Shown here: positions 22,357-32,832 of the stretch, one piece after another
Numbering within the stretch: the first letter of the stretch is position 1
Layout of the letters: every line of letters starts with the position of its first letter
NCBI GenBank assembly: GCA_965112735.1
Contig: OZ218957.1
Span: forward strand, 1,550,001-1,614,000
DNA: 64,000 nucleotides
Direction: 5' to 3'
From: Phaeosaccion multiseriatum
Taxonomy: Eukaryota; Protista; Ochrophyta, other classes
Notes under the pieces: generated by a model
Databases searched by the model: none
Told to the model about the DNA's origin: nothing
What the model saw: only the letters and a program-made list of their open reading frames with translations
Translations under genes and position numbers: made by a program

Positions 22357-22368
22357 AGGGGTGTGAGA

Positions 22369-25300
22369 TGTATATTAGAGCTTATGGGCTCAGTATTGGA
22401 GCGCTCGAGGTAAGTTGTAACCATGTGTAGATGCGTGTATGTGTGGTATTGATGGAGCGTGATGTGGAGGGGAAGAGGATGGTAAGGGTGGTAGAGTAGA
22501 GGATAATGGGGAATGGGAAGGGAGTGAGGGGGGGAGGAGGAGATGAAGGGGTGTGGGAAGGAGTGAGGTGGTGGAGGTGATATGTGAACTATCCTACTGT
22601 GGGTGGTGCGGGTGACAAGGCGTGACTAACTGTGGTTGCTATGCTGTGTGCTGATGGTCTCGCTGTCTGCTGGCTGGTGTACTCCTGCTCCTCAGGCGGC
22701 CGCTCCGTCGATGGCTCCCATGAGCCCCCAGTCGAGGGTTTCTGCTGCTTCGTGCTGCGTCATCGTGGCTCGAAGGAGGGTGCCATACCTGATCTCCCGC
22801 TGTGAGAGGGCGCGTTGAAGGGCGAGGGACAGTTGTTGGCGCAGGAGGCCCTTGATGGGGCCCGTGGCTGCCGCCGCTGCGGGGCCGAGCCCTCTTGATG
22901 CCTTGTGGATGGCCATCGCCTCGATGAGCTCGTCCGTTTGGTGGCCCAGTCTGCCGTACGTCTCGATTGCAATGCACTTCAGGGTTGAAGTCCCGGGCAG
23001 AAAACTGCCCAGGTAGTGAATGCGCTTGCGCTCTTCGGCGGCGGCTGCTGCGTGGCCTGGCGTGGTGGAGGCCCGTCCCACGTGGGTGGGGGCGGTGGGG
23101 TTGGTGACGGTGATGTCGCAGAGGAGGTTTCTCCGCAGGGGTGCGTCCGCTCCCGGGAAGCTACCTGCGGGATAGGTCAGATCCATGCGTAGGTCTCGGC
23201 CTGCTCGGGTGCCCGTGGGGCCGTCGAAGCAGGTCTGGTCCTCTACGCGTGCTCCTCCAATGCCCACGCTGTGCATCATCCTCCCGAAGGCCTTGACGAG
23301 GAGGTGGTGTGTGTGGTTGTGGAGGCCGGTGCGGGGGCAGATGGTGGCGTGGGTGGTGCTTGCCGTGCGGGCGCAGCCTGTGCCGAGGCAGGGTGGGGGC
23401 GGGTCCGCGTATGGCGTGTTGACACCGAGGTTGCGACGAAGGGCCATGGTCCATTCTGCGGGGGCCATGGTGTTGTGGCCGTGGGGGAGCGCTCCGAGGA
23501 AGGCCATGGCGCCCCTTCCTCGCTGTGAGTGGAGTCGGGCTGTTGCCATTTCCTGTGTCTCCTCTCCCCTCTGTGCCTCTGCCGGTGTGACGTCGATGGT
23601 GGCGATGCTCTGCGTCAGCTCCTCATGGCGGCGTTTGTGGATGAAGGTGGTGAGGGCCTTCTGGACGCCGTGGGTCGGTTGACGGCCTGCCTGATGGCTC
23701 CTGCGCACGTTGCGTCGCGCTGTGTCTTGGGCTTGGTGGTCAGGCGGCTCGAGTACGCGTGAGCGGGCCTCGTCGAACTGTGCCTGACCCACTGCTTGGA
23801 TGAGGGGGGCCTCAGGGACCCCCTCCTCGTGCAGGAGGTTGACGCTGTCGGCGACGCTCTTGAGGGCTCCGTTGGTGAACAGCTGGTCCGGTAGGGCGCT
23901 CTCTTGGGAGCCTTCCCGGCGTGCGGTGCGGCTGAGCAGGGGGGGGAGGGTGAGCATCTTGTTGCCAAGGTATGCTGCTGGGGCGATGTCATGGAGGCTG
24001 GTGAGGCCGAGGCCGCCGAAGCGCCGTGCCGTATGCATTTGTAGGCGCTGTGTCTCCGTCCATGGCTCCTCTTGTGCATCTGCGGCCTGCTCCAGAGGGG
24101 GGGCATCGGGGAGTCGCATGATGTGGGCCAGTGTCGCCCTGTTGGTGCGGTCTGCCCTGCTGCCGAGGGCGCGTCGGAAGATGGAGGGGTCAATGGCTCT
24201 CGCCAGGTGTGTGAGCCTGGCTGGGAGGCATTGGAGGAGGACGAGGGTGGCCGCCTGGGTGTTGTCCCACTCGCTGCAATGTTTGGCGAGTTGGAGGTAG
24301 CCCCTGGGGTCTTCTTGGCCGAGGATGTTGCGGAGGTACTCTTCGATGTACTCCTCCGTGCCGACGGGGATGCCGGCTACCACGGTGCCCTCGGTGGCTA
24401 GTGTGGCGCCCTGCCGTTGGGCGTGGTCCCTGTCAGCCTGTGTTGGCTGCTTGCCTTTGCCCATGAGGTAAACCGTTTTCCTCTCGTTGAACTCGAGGCC
24501 CAAGCCTCGGAATTGGGCTTGGAGATGGGCATGTCGTGGGGCGTAGGTCTCTAGGGGTGCGTCGGGTTCCAGCTGGTCCATGAGGTCGTCTGCGTAGGCG
24601 GAGATGGTGGGGCGGTTCGCTGCGGTGTCGGCTGTGTTCTGAACTTTCAGCACTGGGTGGATGGCGGCTGCGAACATGAGAGGCCCTTCTGGTGCTCCTT
24701 GGTTGACTCCGGAGCTCTGGTGGATGGTCTGGGTGCCGTCTGGTGTGAGGGCGTTGTGGGCGGAGGCGTGGGAGAGGCTGGCGATGGCGTAGTTGATGCC
24801 TGCTGGGTCGATGGTAGGGAGTGCGCCTGAGGCTAGGACGCCTCTGGCACGCGACACGCGGGTGTAGGCCTTGGTGATGTCATGCAGCACGACGGTTTTG
24901 CCGGCATCGTGCGCTAGCTGGGCTGCTGCGGCGTGTGTTTCCCCTCCGCCTCTGACCGCTACCGCTAGCTGTCCTGCGCTTCTGAGCTCTGGGCCCACCC
25001 TGTCCGCGATGAGCTTCATGTGACACCTCTCCACGAGGCTGCGGTAGAGGTTGGGGGATGTCACAGGACGCGCTTTCTCGCCGAGGGCTGCGGCGCTGGT
25101 GCTGAACCACCGTTTGGCGAGCTGTGGAGGCAGTGGAGTGTCCCCCGTTCGGAGCAGCTCGTAGGTGTCAGTCAGAGCCTCCACGATTGCGTACTCCTGG
25201 GGGCTGTCCGGGGGGTACTTGACGTGGCTCGCCCTGCGCCCGTCTGCTCCTTGGCCCTTCCAGAAGTTGACCCTCCGGTAGGTCAGCAGCATGGCTGTGC

Positions 25301-28300
25301 TGATCTCCTCTCTGGTGACGTCGTTGCCATTCTCGGGGTGCTCCTGCACCTGGGTTCTGGCGTACTCCCTGGCTGCTGCTGCTGCTGTGTTGATCTCTTC
25401 GAGGCTCTCGTCGACGTGCGCTTGCTGGAGGCGTCTAAAGGTCTCGTGTGTGGGAGGGAGGTGGCCGTCTCTGCTCTTTGTGCTGAGCCTCGCGGCGGCC
25501 TTGTGCAGGCCTCCGGGTTTGGTGAGCAGGTGGGCGCAGGTTTCTCTCCGTCGCTCCTCTGTCTGTGCCTGTGCTGGGGGTGGTGGGCGGCGTGCGTGTG
25601 CTGTGGCTATCGCTGCTTGTGCGAGTGGGGCGATGTCGAGGTCGAGGACCATCTGTATCCGCTGCTGGCGGCTGTAGGCTCCGTCTTTAGAGAAGAGCAT
25701 GGCAGGGAGGAGGTGGTGGAAGACATCCCATGCCAGAAGGGTGTGGAGGGTGGCGTCGGTGGGGCCGTTCTTGTGGGCCCTCAGCGCCCTGTTCCAGTTG
25801 TTGAGCGCTCTTTGCTGTAAGCTGATAATCGAGCTGACGTGGCGGGGGTTGCACTGCGCTACTGTCTCAAACACGAGTGTTGAGAGGATGGTACCCTGCG
25901 GGTCCAGGGCCCCTAGGCGGAGGACGTTTGGGTGCTGCATGGGCCATCCTTCCTCGGGTGTATCGTCGTTGGCTGGCCCTTCTCCGTCCCCTCCGTCCCC
26001 GCCGCTACCTCCTTGGCCTCTGCTCCGTCCTCCTCCCCCTCGTCTCGCTGCTGCTGCTGTGGTTCCTTGCGTGCGTGTGCTATCTCCCCCTGCCCTTTCT
26101 CTCTGAGGTCCCCTCTCTGCTGCTGCTCCTTGTCCGTTTCCTTCCCCCCTCCCTCGTCCTCCTCTTCCTCCTTCTACTCCACTTGGCGCTGCTGCGATTG
26201 CGCCTCCTCCTCCTCCTCCTCCTTCTTCCGCGTGCCCTCGCCCTCCTCCTCTGCCCGTGGGGGTGGTGGGTTGGTACGGGTTGAGCCTGGCCGTTGCTGT
26301 CGTGTGCTGGGGCGTTGCCGTACGCGACGGGTCCTCGTTTGGGTCTGGGCCTAGATAGGCGTTCTCGAGGTCGTTGAGGGGGCCTTGGTAGGCCGATGCT
26401 GCGTTGCCTTGGGTGAGGATGGTCCTGAGGGCGGGGATGGCTCGTTGAGCTTGGTAGCCAGCCATGCAGCCTTGCGCGGGGCAGGGGAGGTTGCCTGGTG
26501 GTATGACGGGCTGCTGGTTGGCTCTCCTCAGTGTGGCTTGGTCGTTCAGGTGGTGAAGGAGGCACGCGGGGTGAACGGTGTGTTGGCAGCGTCGGGTGCG
26601 TACTGGCCACTCCGTGGTTGGTGCGATGAAAGGGGGGTCCGCGTCTGACATGCATATGCAGCATATCGGGGCTGGGGGGGCGGTAGGTTGGGGTGGGGGT
26701 GTGTGTCGGGTGGTGGGGGGTGGCTGGGACTGGCGGCGTCGCCCTTGGCTGGCCTGCGCGTGCTGCTGATGCGACTCTCTGCGCTCCCTCGCTAGGCGAT
26801 CCCTTGCGCGGCCCATAGCTCTCCCTCCTTGTGCTGTGGTGGCCTGCTCGATCGTGTGCCGGTAGCAGGGGTTGCGGCAGTAGGGGCAGAGGTGGTCGTT
26901 GCGGTTGGGGTACCTGCTCATGACTCCCAATGCGCAGTGGTTGTGCACGTGATGTTCGTCTTCGTGCATGGCGACTTGTGCTTGGCCAGTGAGCGGTTCC
27001 ATACACACCGGGCAGTTGGGTAGCTCCTCGTTGTTGGTGGGGTCGCCTCCTCCTTCTCCTTCGTCACCTCCTCCCGCTGCTTGCCCTTCCCCTCCTTCTG
27101 CCGCTGCTTCCCGTGCCAGTGCTGGGCGCTCTCCTCCGCCTCTGCTGTGTTCGCCCTCTTCCCCCCCTGCTACTACTCTTCCTTCGCGGTCTCCTCGTCC
27201 CCCTGCCCTGTGTCCCGTTCGCTCTCCTCTCCCTCCTCCCTCCTGGTCGTGCTCTCGTGTAGTGTCTGTCCCACCTGCTCTTGTCGGTGGGGGCATGCTT
27301 CGAGCTCGTTGGATGGTTGGTGGTGCTGGTAGGCTTGCGGCTTCGTGTGCTCGTATGCAGGCGTTGCATAGGGGTTGTCGTAGGCCTGATTGCGGGAAGC
27401 GGGTAAGGAAGGATCTGCCGGAGTTTCGGTGGGCCAGGTTGCCGCATCCACTTGTGCAGTCCCGGAGCTGGTACGTATTATTCTGTGGTCCGCTCTGTGG
27501 GCCGTTGGTGCGGTACCACAGGATTGACGCGGCCTGGGGGTGGTGTTCGCGCATCCATCGGTCCCACTCTCTGCCGCGGTTCGGGTGGTGGCTCGACTGG
27601 TGCCTGATGAGGCGGTCTCTGGTGTTGCCTACCGTGACGAAAGTGTCGTGGCATTCGCCAAAGTTGCAGAGGATGCCCCCTTGAATGTTTCCATTGTCGG
27701 GGTGTCTTCGGTACACTCGGGCGTTGGTGGGGTTGTCCTCCGGTGTTGGTGGGCTGGGTGTGGTTGCGTCGCTTTGGGCGGGGGGTGGTGGCGGTCCTGG
27801 TGCGGTTCCCCGGGGGGCCTGCCTCGTGCGTAAGGCGAGGGCTTGCCCCGGCGCCCACCACGGTGTGGCCATGGTGTTGGCGAAGGGGGAGGTGGTGGTG
27901 TTGTTGGTGTGGTCGCGTAGGGCGTGGCCGTAGCGCTCAACGATGGCTTGGACGTCGGGTAATACCGCGATGAGTTCCTCCTGTCGTGAGGCGGTGATGT
28001 AGTCGTTGACCAACTCGTTGGAGGTGATCTCTTGGCCTGCGAGCGTGTGGGCATAGGCCTCTACGATCTGTTGCCATCCAAGGGGGTAATCTCCTCCCCC
28101 ATGTGGTCTTCCGGGGGTGGTGGGGGGGCCTCCGCTCCTTAGAGCTTGTCTGAGGAGGGGCATATAGAAGTGCGAGTTGGTAGGCGGGAGCGCCGCGTCG
28201 CGCTGGTGGCGTATGGTGTTGCTCCATGTCGTTGGTGCGTGTCCATGCGTGTCTGTTTCGAGTGATGCTGTCTCTTCCTCGTGCGTCGTGGGGGGTGGTC

Positions 28301-29087
28301 GTACGAGGTCGGCGATGGCCTCGGCCGTGTTGTGGTGGGTCAGTTCCGTCGCGGTGAGGTTTAGGCTTGCGAACTCAGCGCTGATGCGTCGGCTGGCGGA
28401 TGCTGGCGCTTGTTCGTTGAAGAAGAGGTTCGGGTGTTGCCGTATGGGGGTCGTGGCTGTGAGGTGGGTGTCTTCGTATTCGTCTTGGAGGATGGAGACG
28501 ATTTGCTCTGTGATCCCGTGTGCGTTTCTGTGAGTTGACGCGTTGGTGGTTTGGGCTGGATCTGAGGCTCGGAAAGTGGCGGTTGGCCTTTCCGGGCTGC
28601 GTGCTCGGGGGGTCCTGCTTCGTCCCCTTGGCCTCGTGGTTGGCTGCATGGGTGCTGGGCTGGTCGCTGTGGGGGGTGGTGCTGTTGTAGGGCCTGTTGT
28701 CTCGCTGGCGGGCGTGGTAGATCTCCTGGCGGCTGGTGCTGTTTGTTGCCGTGTCGTTGAGATCGGTTGTGGTTGCTGCTGCTGGGGGTGGGCTTCCGCT
28801 GCTGTTGCTGTGGGTTCCGTGAGTGCTGGTGGGAGCTGTGGGTCCTGCGGGAGGGTGTTGCGGGGTGCTGCGGCCGCTGGTGGAGCCGTGATGGGGGTGG
28901 GCACGCCTTCCCGTGCTGGTGTTTGGCGAATTCCTGCTGCCGCTGCCCGTCTCTCCCTTCTTTCGAGCCGCTGCTGATCGCGGCTCATAGGTGGCTCCTG
29001 CTGGGTTGCTGTGAGGTTTGCTGGTGTCTCCTGGGCTCCGGGGGGCCGCGTGGCCCCCCTGTCGTCCCCTTCCATGGTGGCCCTGTC
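22369..29087 (-). mobile_element. Copy 3, full length and intact (6719 bp; type A)
   Basis: 12-nt 5' UTR, uninterrupted ORF, 323-nt 3' UTR without poly(A), flanked on both sides by target repeat sequence. Confidence 0.97.
22692..29075 (-). CDS. 2127-aa retrotransposon protein: C2H2 finger, C4 motif, two RING-like domains, reverse transcriptase, CCHC knuckle, restriction-like endonuclease (CRE-clade-like)
   Basis: C2H2: CNFGEC...RHQSSHH. RING-like: CPVC...HHVHNHC...CPYC and CCIC...CQHTVHPAC...CPAQGC. RT: RPVT, GQLAV, HDITKAY, GVNQGAPEGP, AYADD, VAGIPVG, GGLGL. Endonuclease: CLGTGC...HATIC, HH, RMD...DITV...K...IETYGRLG. Confidence 0.95.
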   Translation of the reverse strand: MEGDDRGATRPPGAQETPANLTATQQEPPMSRDQQRLERRERRAAAAGIRQTPAREGVPTPITAPPAAAAPRNTLPQDPQLPPALTEPTATAAEAHPQQQQPQPISTTRQQTAPAARRSTTPASETTGPTTAPPPTATSPAPMQPTTRPRGRSRTPRARSPERPTATFRASDPAQTTNASTHRNAHGITEQIVSILQDEYEDTHLTATTPIRQHPNLFFNEQAPASASRRISAEFASLNLTATELTHHNTAEAIADLVRPPPTTHEEETASLETDTHGHAPTTWSNTIRHQRDAALPPTNSHFYMPLLRQALRSGGPPTTPGRPHGGGDYPLGWQQIVEAYAHTLAGQEITSNELVNDYITASRQEELIAVLPDVQAIVERYGHALRDHTNNTTTSPFANTMATPWWAPGQALALRTRQAPRGTAPGPPPPPAQSDATTPSPPTPEDNPTNARVYRRHPDNGNIQGGILCNFGECHDTFVTVGNTRDRLIRHQSSHHPNRGREWDRWMREHHPQAASILWYRTNGPQSGPQNNTYQLRDCTSGCGNLAHRNSGRSFLTRFPQSGLRQPLCNACIRAHEAASLPAPPTIQRARSMPPPTRAGGTDTTREHDQEGGGRGERTGHRAGGRGDREGRVVAGGEEGEHSRGGGERPALAREAAAEGGEGQAAGGGDEGEGGGDPTNNEELPNCPVCMEPLTGQAQVAMHEDEHHVHNHCALGVMSRYPNRNDHLCPYCRNPCYRHTIEQATTAQGGRAMGRARDRLARERRESHQQHAQASQGRRRQSQPPPTTRHTPPPQPTAPPAPICCICMSDADPPFIAPTTEWPVRTRRCQHTVHPACLLHHLNDQATLRRANQQPVIPPGNLPCPAQGCMAGYQAQRAIPALRTILTQGNAASAYQGPLNDLENAYLGPDPNEDPSRTATPQHTTATARLNPYQPTTPTGRGGGRGHAEEGGGGGGGAIAAAPSGVEGGRGGRGRGEGNGQGAAAERGPQRERAGGDSTRTQGTTAAAARRGGGGRSRGQGGSGGDGGDGEGPANDDTPEEGWPMQHPNVLRLGALDPQGTILSTLVFETVAQCNPRHVSSIISLQQRALNNWNRALRAHKNGPTDATLHTLLAWDVFHHLLPAMLFSKDGAYSRQQRIQMVLDLDIAPLAQAAIATAHARRPPPPAQAQTEERRRETCAHLLTKPGGLHKAAARLSTKSRDGHLPPTHETFRRLQQAHVDESLEEINTAAAAAREYARTQVQEHPENGNDVTREEISTAMLLTYRRVNFWKGQGADGRRASHVKYPPDSPQEYAIVEALTDTYELLRTGDTPLPPQLAKRWFSTSAAALGEKARPVTSPNLYRSLVERCHMKLIADRVGPELRSAGQLAVAVRGGGETHAAAAQLAHDAGKTVVLHDITKAYTRVSRARGVLASGALPTIDPAGINYAIASLSHASAHNALTPDGTQTIHQSSGVNQGAPEGPLMFAAAIHPVLKVQNTADTAANRPTISAYADDLMDQLEPDAPLETYAPRHAHLQAQFRGLGLEFNERKTVYLMGKGKQPTQADRDHAQRQGATLATEGTVVAGIPVGTEEYIEEYLRNILGQEDPRGYLQLAKHCSEWDNTQAATLVLLQCLPARLTHLARAIDPSIFRRALGSRADRTNRATLAHIMRLPDAPPLEQAADAQEEPWTETQRLQMHTARRFGGLGLTSLHDIAPAAYLGNKMLTLPPLLSRTARREGSQESALPDQLFTNGALKSVADSVNLLHEEGVPEAPLIQAVGQAQFDEARSRVLEPPDHQAQDTARRNVRRSHQAGRQPTHGVQKALTTFIHKRRHEELTQSIATIDVTPAEAQRGEETQEMATARLHSQRGRGAMAFLGALPHGHNTMAPAEWTMALRRNLGVNTPYADPPPPCLGTGCARTASTTHATICPRTGLHNHTHHLLVKAFGRMMHSVGIGGARVEDQTCFDGPTGTRAGRDLRMDLTYPAGSFPGADAPLRRNLLCDITVTNPTAPTHVGRASTTPGHAAAAAEERKRIHYLGSFLPGTSTLKCIAIETYGRLGHQTDELIEAMAIHKASRGLGPAAAAATGPIKGLLRQQLSLALQRALSQREIRYGTLLRATMTQHEAAETLDWGLMGAIDGAAA

Positions 29088-29197
29088 TAAGAGGTGTACT
29101 GTGGAGGGGTGTGAGAACCATTCGCAGCAGGGAGGATTGTGCAGTAGCCACGGAGCTGTGAGAATGCGGAAGCAGTGTACTGTGGAGGGGTGTGAGA
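29088..29197 (+). repeat. Zinc-finger-coding target repeat between copies 3 and 4
   Basis: Reads KRCTVEGCENHSQQGGLCSSHGAVRMRKQCTVEGCE. Confidence 0.9.
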
Positions 29198-32100
29198 TGT
29201 ATATTAGAGCTTATGGGCTCAGTATTGGAGCGCTCGAGGTAAGTTGTAACCATGTGTAGATGCGTGTATGTGTGGTATTGATGGAGCGTGATGTGGAGGG
29301 GAAGAGGATGGTAAGGGTGGTAGAGTAGAGGATAATGGGGAATGGGAAGGGAGTGAGGGGGGGAGGAGGAGATGAAGGGGGGTGGGAAGGAGTGAGGTGG
29401 TGGAGGTGATATGTGAACTATCCTACTGGGGGTGGTGCGGGTGACAAGGCGTGACTAACTGTGGTTGCTATGCTGTGTGCTGATGGTCTCGCTGTCTGCT
29501 GGCTGGTGTACTCCTGCTCCTCAGGCGGCCGCTCCGTCGATGGCTCCCATGAGCCCCCAGTCGAGGGTTTCTGCTGCTTCGTGCTGCGTCATCGTGGCTC
29601 GAAGGAGGGTGCCATACCTGATCTCCCGCTGTGAGAGGGCGCGTTGAAGGGCGAGGGACAGTTGTTGGCGCAGGAGGCCCTTGATGGGGCCCGTGGCTGC
29701 CGCCGCTGCGGGGCCGAGCCCTCTTGATGCCTTGTGGATGGCCATCGCCTCGATGAGCTCGTCCGTTTGGTGGCCCAGTCTGCCGTACGTCTCGATTGCA
29801 ATGCACTTCAGGGTTGAAGTCCCGGGCAGAAAACTGCCCAGGTAGTGAATGCGCTTGCGCTCTTCGGCGGCGGCTGCTGCGTGGCCTGGCGTGGTGGAGG
29901 CCCGTCCCACGTGGGTGGGGGCGGTGGGGTTGGTGACGGTGATGTCGCAGAGGAGGTTTCTCCGCAGGGGTGCGTCCGCTCCCGGGAAGCTACCTGCGGG
30001 ATAGGTCAGATCCATGCGTAGGTCTCGGCCTGCTCGGGTGCCCGTGGGGCCGTCGAAGCAGGTCTGGTCCTCTACACGTGCTCCTCCAATGCCCACGCTG
30101 TGCATCATCCTCCCGAAGGCCTTGACGAGGAGGTGGTGTGTGTGGTTGTGGAGGCCGGTGCGGGGGCAGATGGTGGCGTGGGTGGTGCTTGCCGTGCGGG
30201 CGCAGCCTGTGCCGAGGCAGGGTGGGGGCGGGTCCGCGTATGGCGTGTTGACACCGAGGTTGCGACGAAGGGCCATGGTCCATTCTGCGGGGGCCATGGT
30301 GTTGTGGCCGTGGGGGAGCGCTCCGAGGAAGGCCATGGCGCCCCTTCCTCGCTGTGAGTGGAGTCGGGCTGTTGCCATTTCCTGTGTCTCCTCTCCCCTC
30401 TGTGCCTCTGCCGGTGTGACGTCGATGGTGGCGATGCTCTGCGTCAGCTCCTCATGGCGGCGTTTGTGGATGAAGGTGGTGAGGGCCTTCTGGACGCCGT
30501 GGGTCGGTTGACGGCCTGCCTGATGGCTCCTGCGCACGTTGCGTCGCGCTGTGTCTTGGGCTTGGTGGTCAGGCGGCTCGAGTACGCGTGAGCGGGCCTC
30601 GTCGAACTGTGCCTGACCCACTGCTTGGATGAGAGGGGCCTCAGGGACCCCCTCCTCGTGCAGGAGGTTGACGCTGTCGGCGACGCTCTTGAGGGCTCCG
30701 TTGGTGAACAGCTGGTCCGGTAGGGCGCTCTCTTGGGAGCCTTCCCGGCGTGCGGTGCGGCTGAGCAGGGGGGAGGGTGAGCATCTTGTTGCCAAGGTAT
30801 GCTGCTGGGGCGATGTCGTGGAGGCTGGTGAGGCCGAGGCCGCCGAAGCGCCGTGCCGTATGCATTTGTAGGCGCTGTGTCTCCGTCCATGGCTCCTCTT
30901 GTGCATCTGCGGCCTGCTCCAGAGGGGGGGCATCGGGGAGTCGCATGATGTGGGCCAGTGTCGCCCTGTTGGTGCGGTCTGCCCTGCTGCCGAGGGCGCG
31001 TCGGAAGATGGAGGGGTCAATGGCTCTCGCCAGGTGTGTGAGCCTGGCTGGGAGGCATTGGAGGAGGACGAGGGTGGCCGCCTGGGTGTTGGCCCACTCG
31101 CTGCAGTGTTTGGCGAGTTGGAGGTAGCCCCTGGGGTCTTCTTGGCCGAGGATGTTGCGGAGGTACTCTTCGATGTACTCCTCGGTGCCGACGGGGATGC
31201 CGGCTACCACGGTACCCTCGGTGGCAAGTGTGGCGCCCTGCCGTTGGGCGTGGTCCCTGTCAGCCTGTGTTGGCTGCTTGCCTTTGCCCATGAGGTAAAC
31301 CGTTTTCCTCTCGTTGAACTCGAGGCCCAAGCCTCGGAATTGGGCTTGGAGATGGGCATGGCGTGGGGCGTAGGTCTCTAGGGGTGCGTCGGGTTCCAGC
31401 TGGTCCATGAGGTCGTCTGCGTAGGCGGAGATGGTGGGGCGGTTCGCTGCGGTGTCGGCTGTGTTCTGAACTTTCAGCACTGGGTGGATGGCGGCTGCGA
31501 ACATGAGAGGCCCTTCTGGTGCTCCTTGGTTGACTCCGGAGCTCTGGTGGATGGTCTGGGTGCCGTCTGGTGTGAGGGCGTTGTGGGCGGAGGCGTGGGA
31601 GAGGCTGGCGATGGCGTAGTTGATGCCTGCTGGGTCGATGGTAGGGAGTGCGCCTGAGGCTAGGACGCCTCTGGCACGCGACACGCGGGTGTAGGCCTTG
31701 GTGATGTCATGCAGCACGACGGTTTTGCCGGCATCGTGCGCTAGCTGGGCTGCTGCGGCGTGTGTTTCCCCTCCGCCTCTGACCGCTACCGCTAGCTGTC
31801 CTGCGCTTCTGAGCTCTGGGCCCACCCTGTCCGCGATGAGCTTCATGTGACAGCTCTCCACGAGGCTGCGGTAGAGGTTGGGGGATGTCACAGGACGCGC
31901 TTTCTCGCCGAGGGCTGCGGCGCTGGTGCTGAACCACCGTTTGGCGAGCTGTGGAGGCAGTGGAGTGTCCCCCGTTCGGAGCAGCTCGTAGGTGTCAGTC
32001 AGAGCCTCCACGATTGCGTACTCCTGGGGGCTGTCCGGGGGGTACTTGACGTGGCTCGCCCTGCGCCCGTCTGCTCCTTGGCCCTTCCAGTAGTTGACCC

Positions 32101-32510
32101 TCCGGTAGGTCAGCAGCATGGCTGTGCTGATCTCCTCTCTGGTGACGGCGTTGCCATTCTCGGGGTGCTCCTGCACCTGGGTTCTGGCGTACTCCCTGGC
32201 TGCTGTTGCTGCTGTGTTGATCTCTTCGAGGCTCTCGTCGACGTGCGCTTGCTGGAGGCGTCGAAAGGTCTCGTGTGTGGGAGGGAGGTGGCCGTCTCTG
32301 CTCTTTGTGCTGAGCCTCGCCGCGGCCTTGTGCAGGCCTCCGGGTTTGGTGAGCAGGTGGGCGCAGGTTTCTCTCCGTCGCTCCTCTGTCTGTGCCTGTG
32401 CTGGGGGTGGTGGGCGGCGTGCGTGTGCTGTGGCTATCGCTGCTTGTGCGAGTGGGGCGATGTCGAGGTCGAGGACCATCTGTATCCGCTGCTGGCGGCT
32501 GTAGGCTCCG
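29198..32510 (-). mobile_element. Copy 4, 5'-truncated (~3.3 kb)
   Basis: RT and endonuclease region (ORFs 30641-32560 and 29521-31020). Truncated at GAYSRQ and followed by one target unit (32511-32586). Confidence 0.95.
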
Positions 32511-32586
32511 AAGCAGCGGGTCCAAGGAGGATTGTGCACTAGGCATGGAGCTGTGGTCAAGAGGTGTACTGTGGAGGGGTGTGAGA

Positions 32587-32759
32587 TGTATATTAGAGCT
32601 TATGGGCTCAGTATTGGAGCGCTCGAGGTAAGTTGTAACCATGTGTAGATGCGTGTATGTGTGGTATGGATGGAGCGTGATGTGGAGGGGAAGAGGATGG
32701 TAAGGGTGGTAGAGTAGAGAGGATAATGGGGAATGGGAAGGGAGTGAAGGGGGGAGGAG
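32587..32759 (-). mobile_element. Copy 5, 3' UTR fragment (~170 bp)
   Basis: Matches the element 3' end; followed by a target unit (about 32758-32832, KHSQQGGLCIRHGAVVKRCIVEGCE). Confidence 0.9.
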
Positions 32760-32832
32760 CATTCGCAGCAGGGAGGATTATGCATTAGGCACGGAGCTGT
32801 AGTCAAGAGGTGTATTGTGGAGGGGTGTGAGA

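Noticed and set aside
29040-29087. HDV-like ribozyme at the element 5' end, as in R2
   Set aside because: No complement to the first 7 nt (GACAGGG) was found downstream to form P1; only a simple hairpin is evident by eye.
29088-29197. Spacer as a telomerase-added telomeric repeat (GAGGGGTGTG is TG-rich)
   Set aside because: Units are 75-81 bp, vary while keeping the Cys/His codons and frame, and also occur internally at 5933-6113 behind the same leader. This fits a coding-derived repeat better than a templated telomere repeat.
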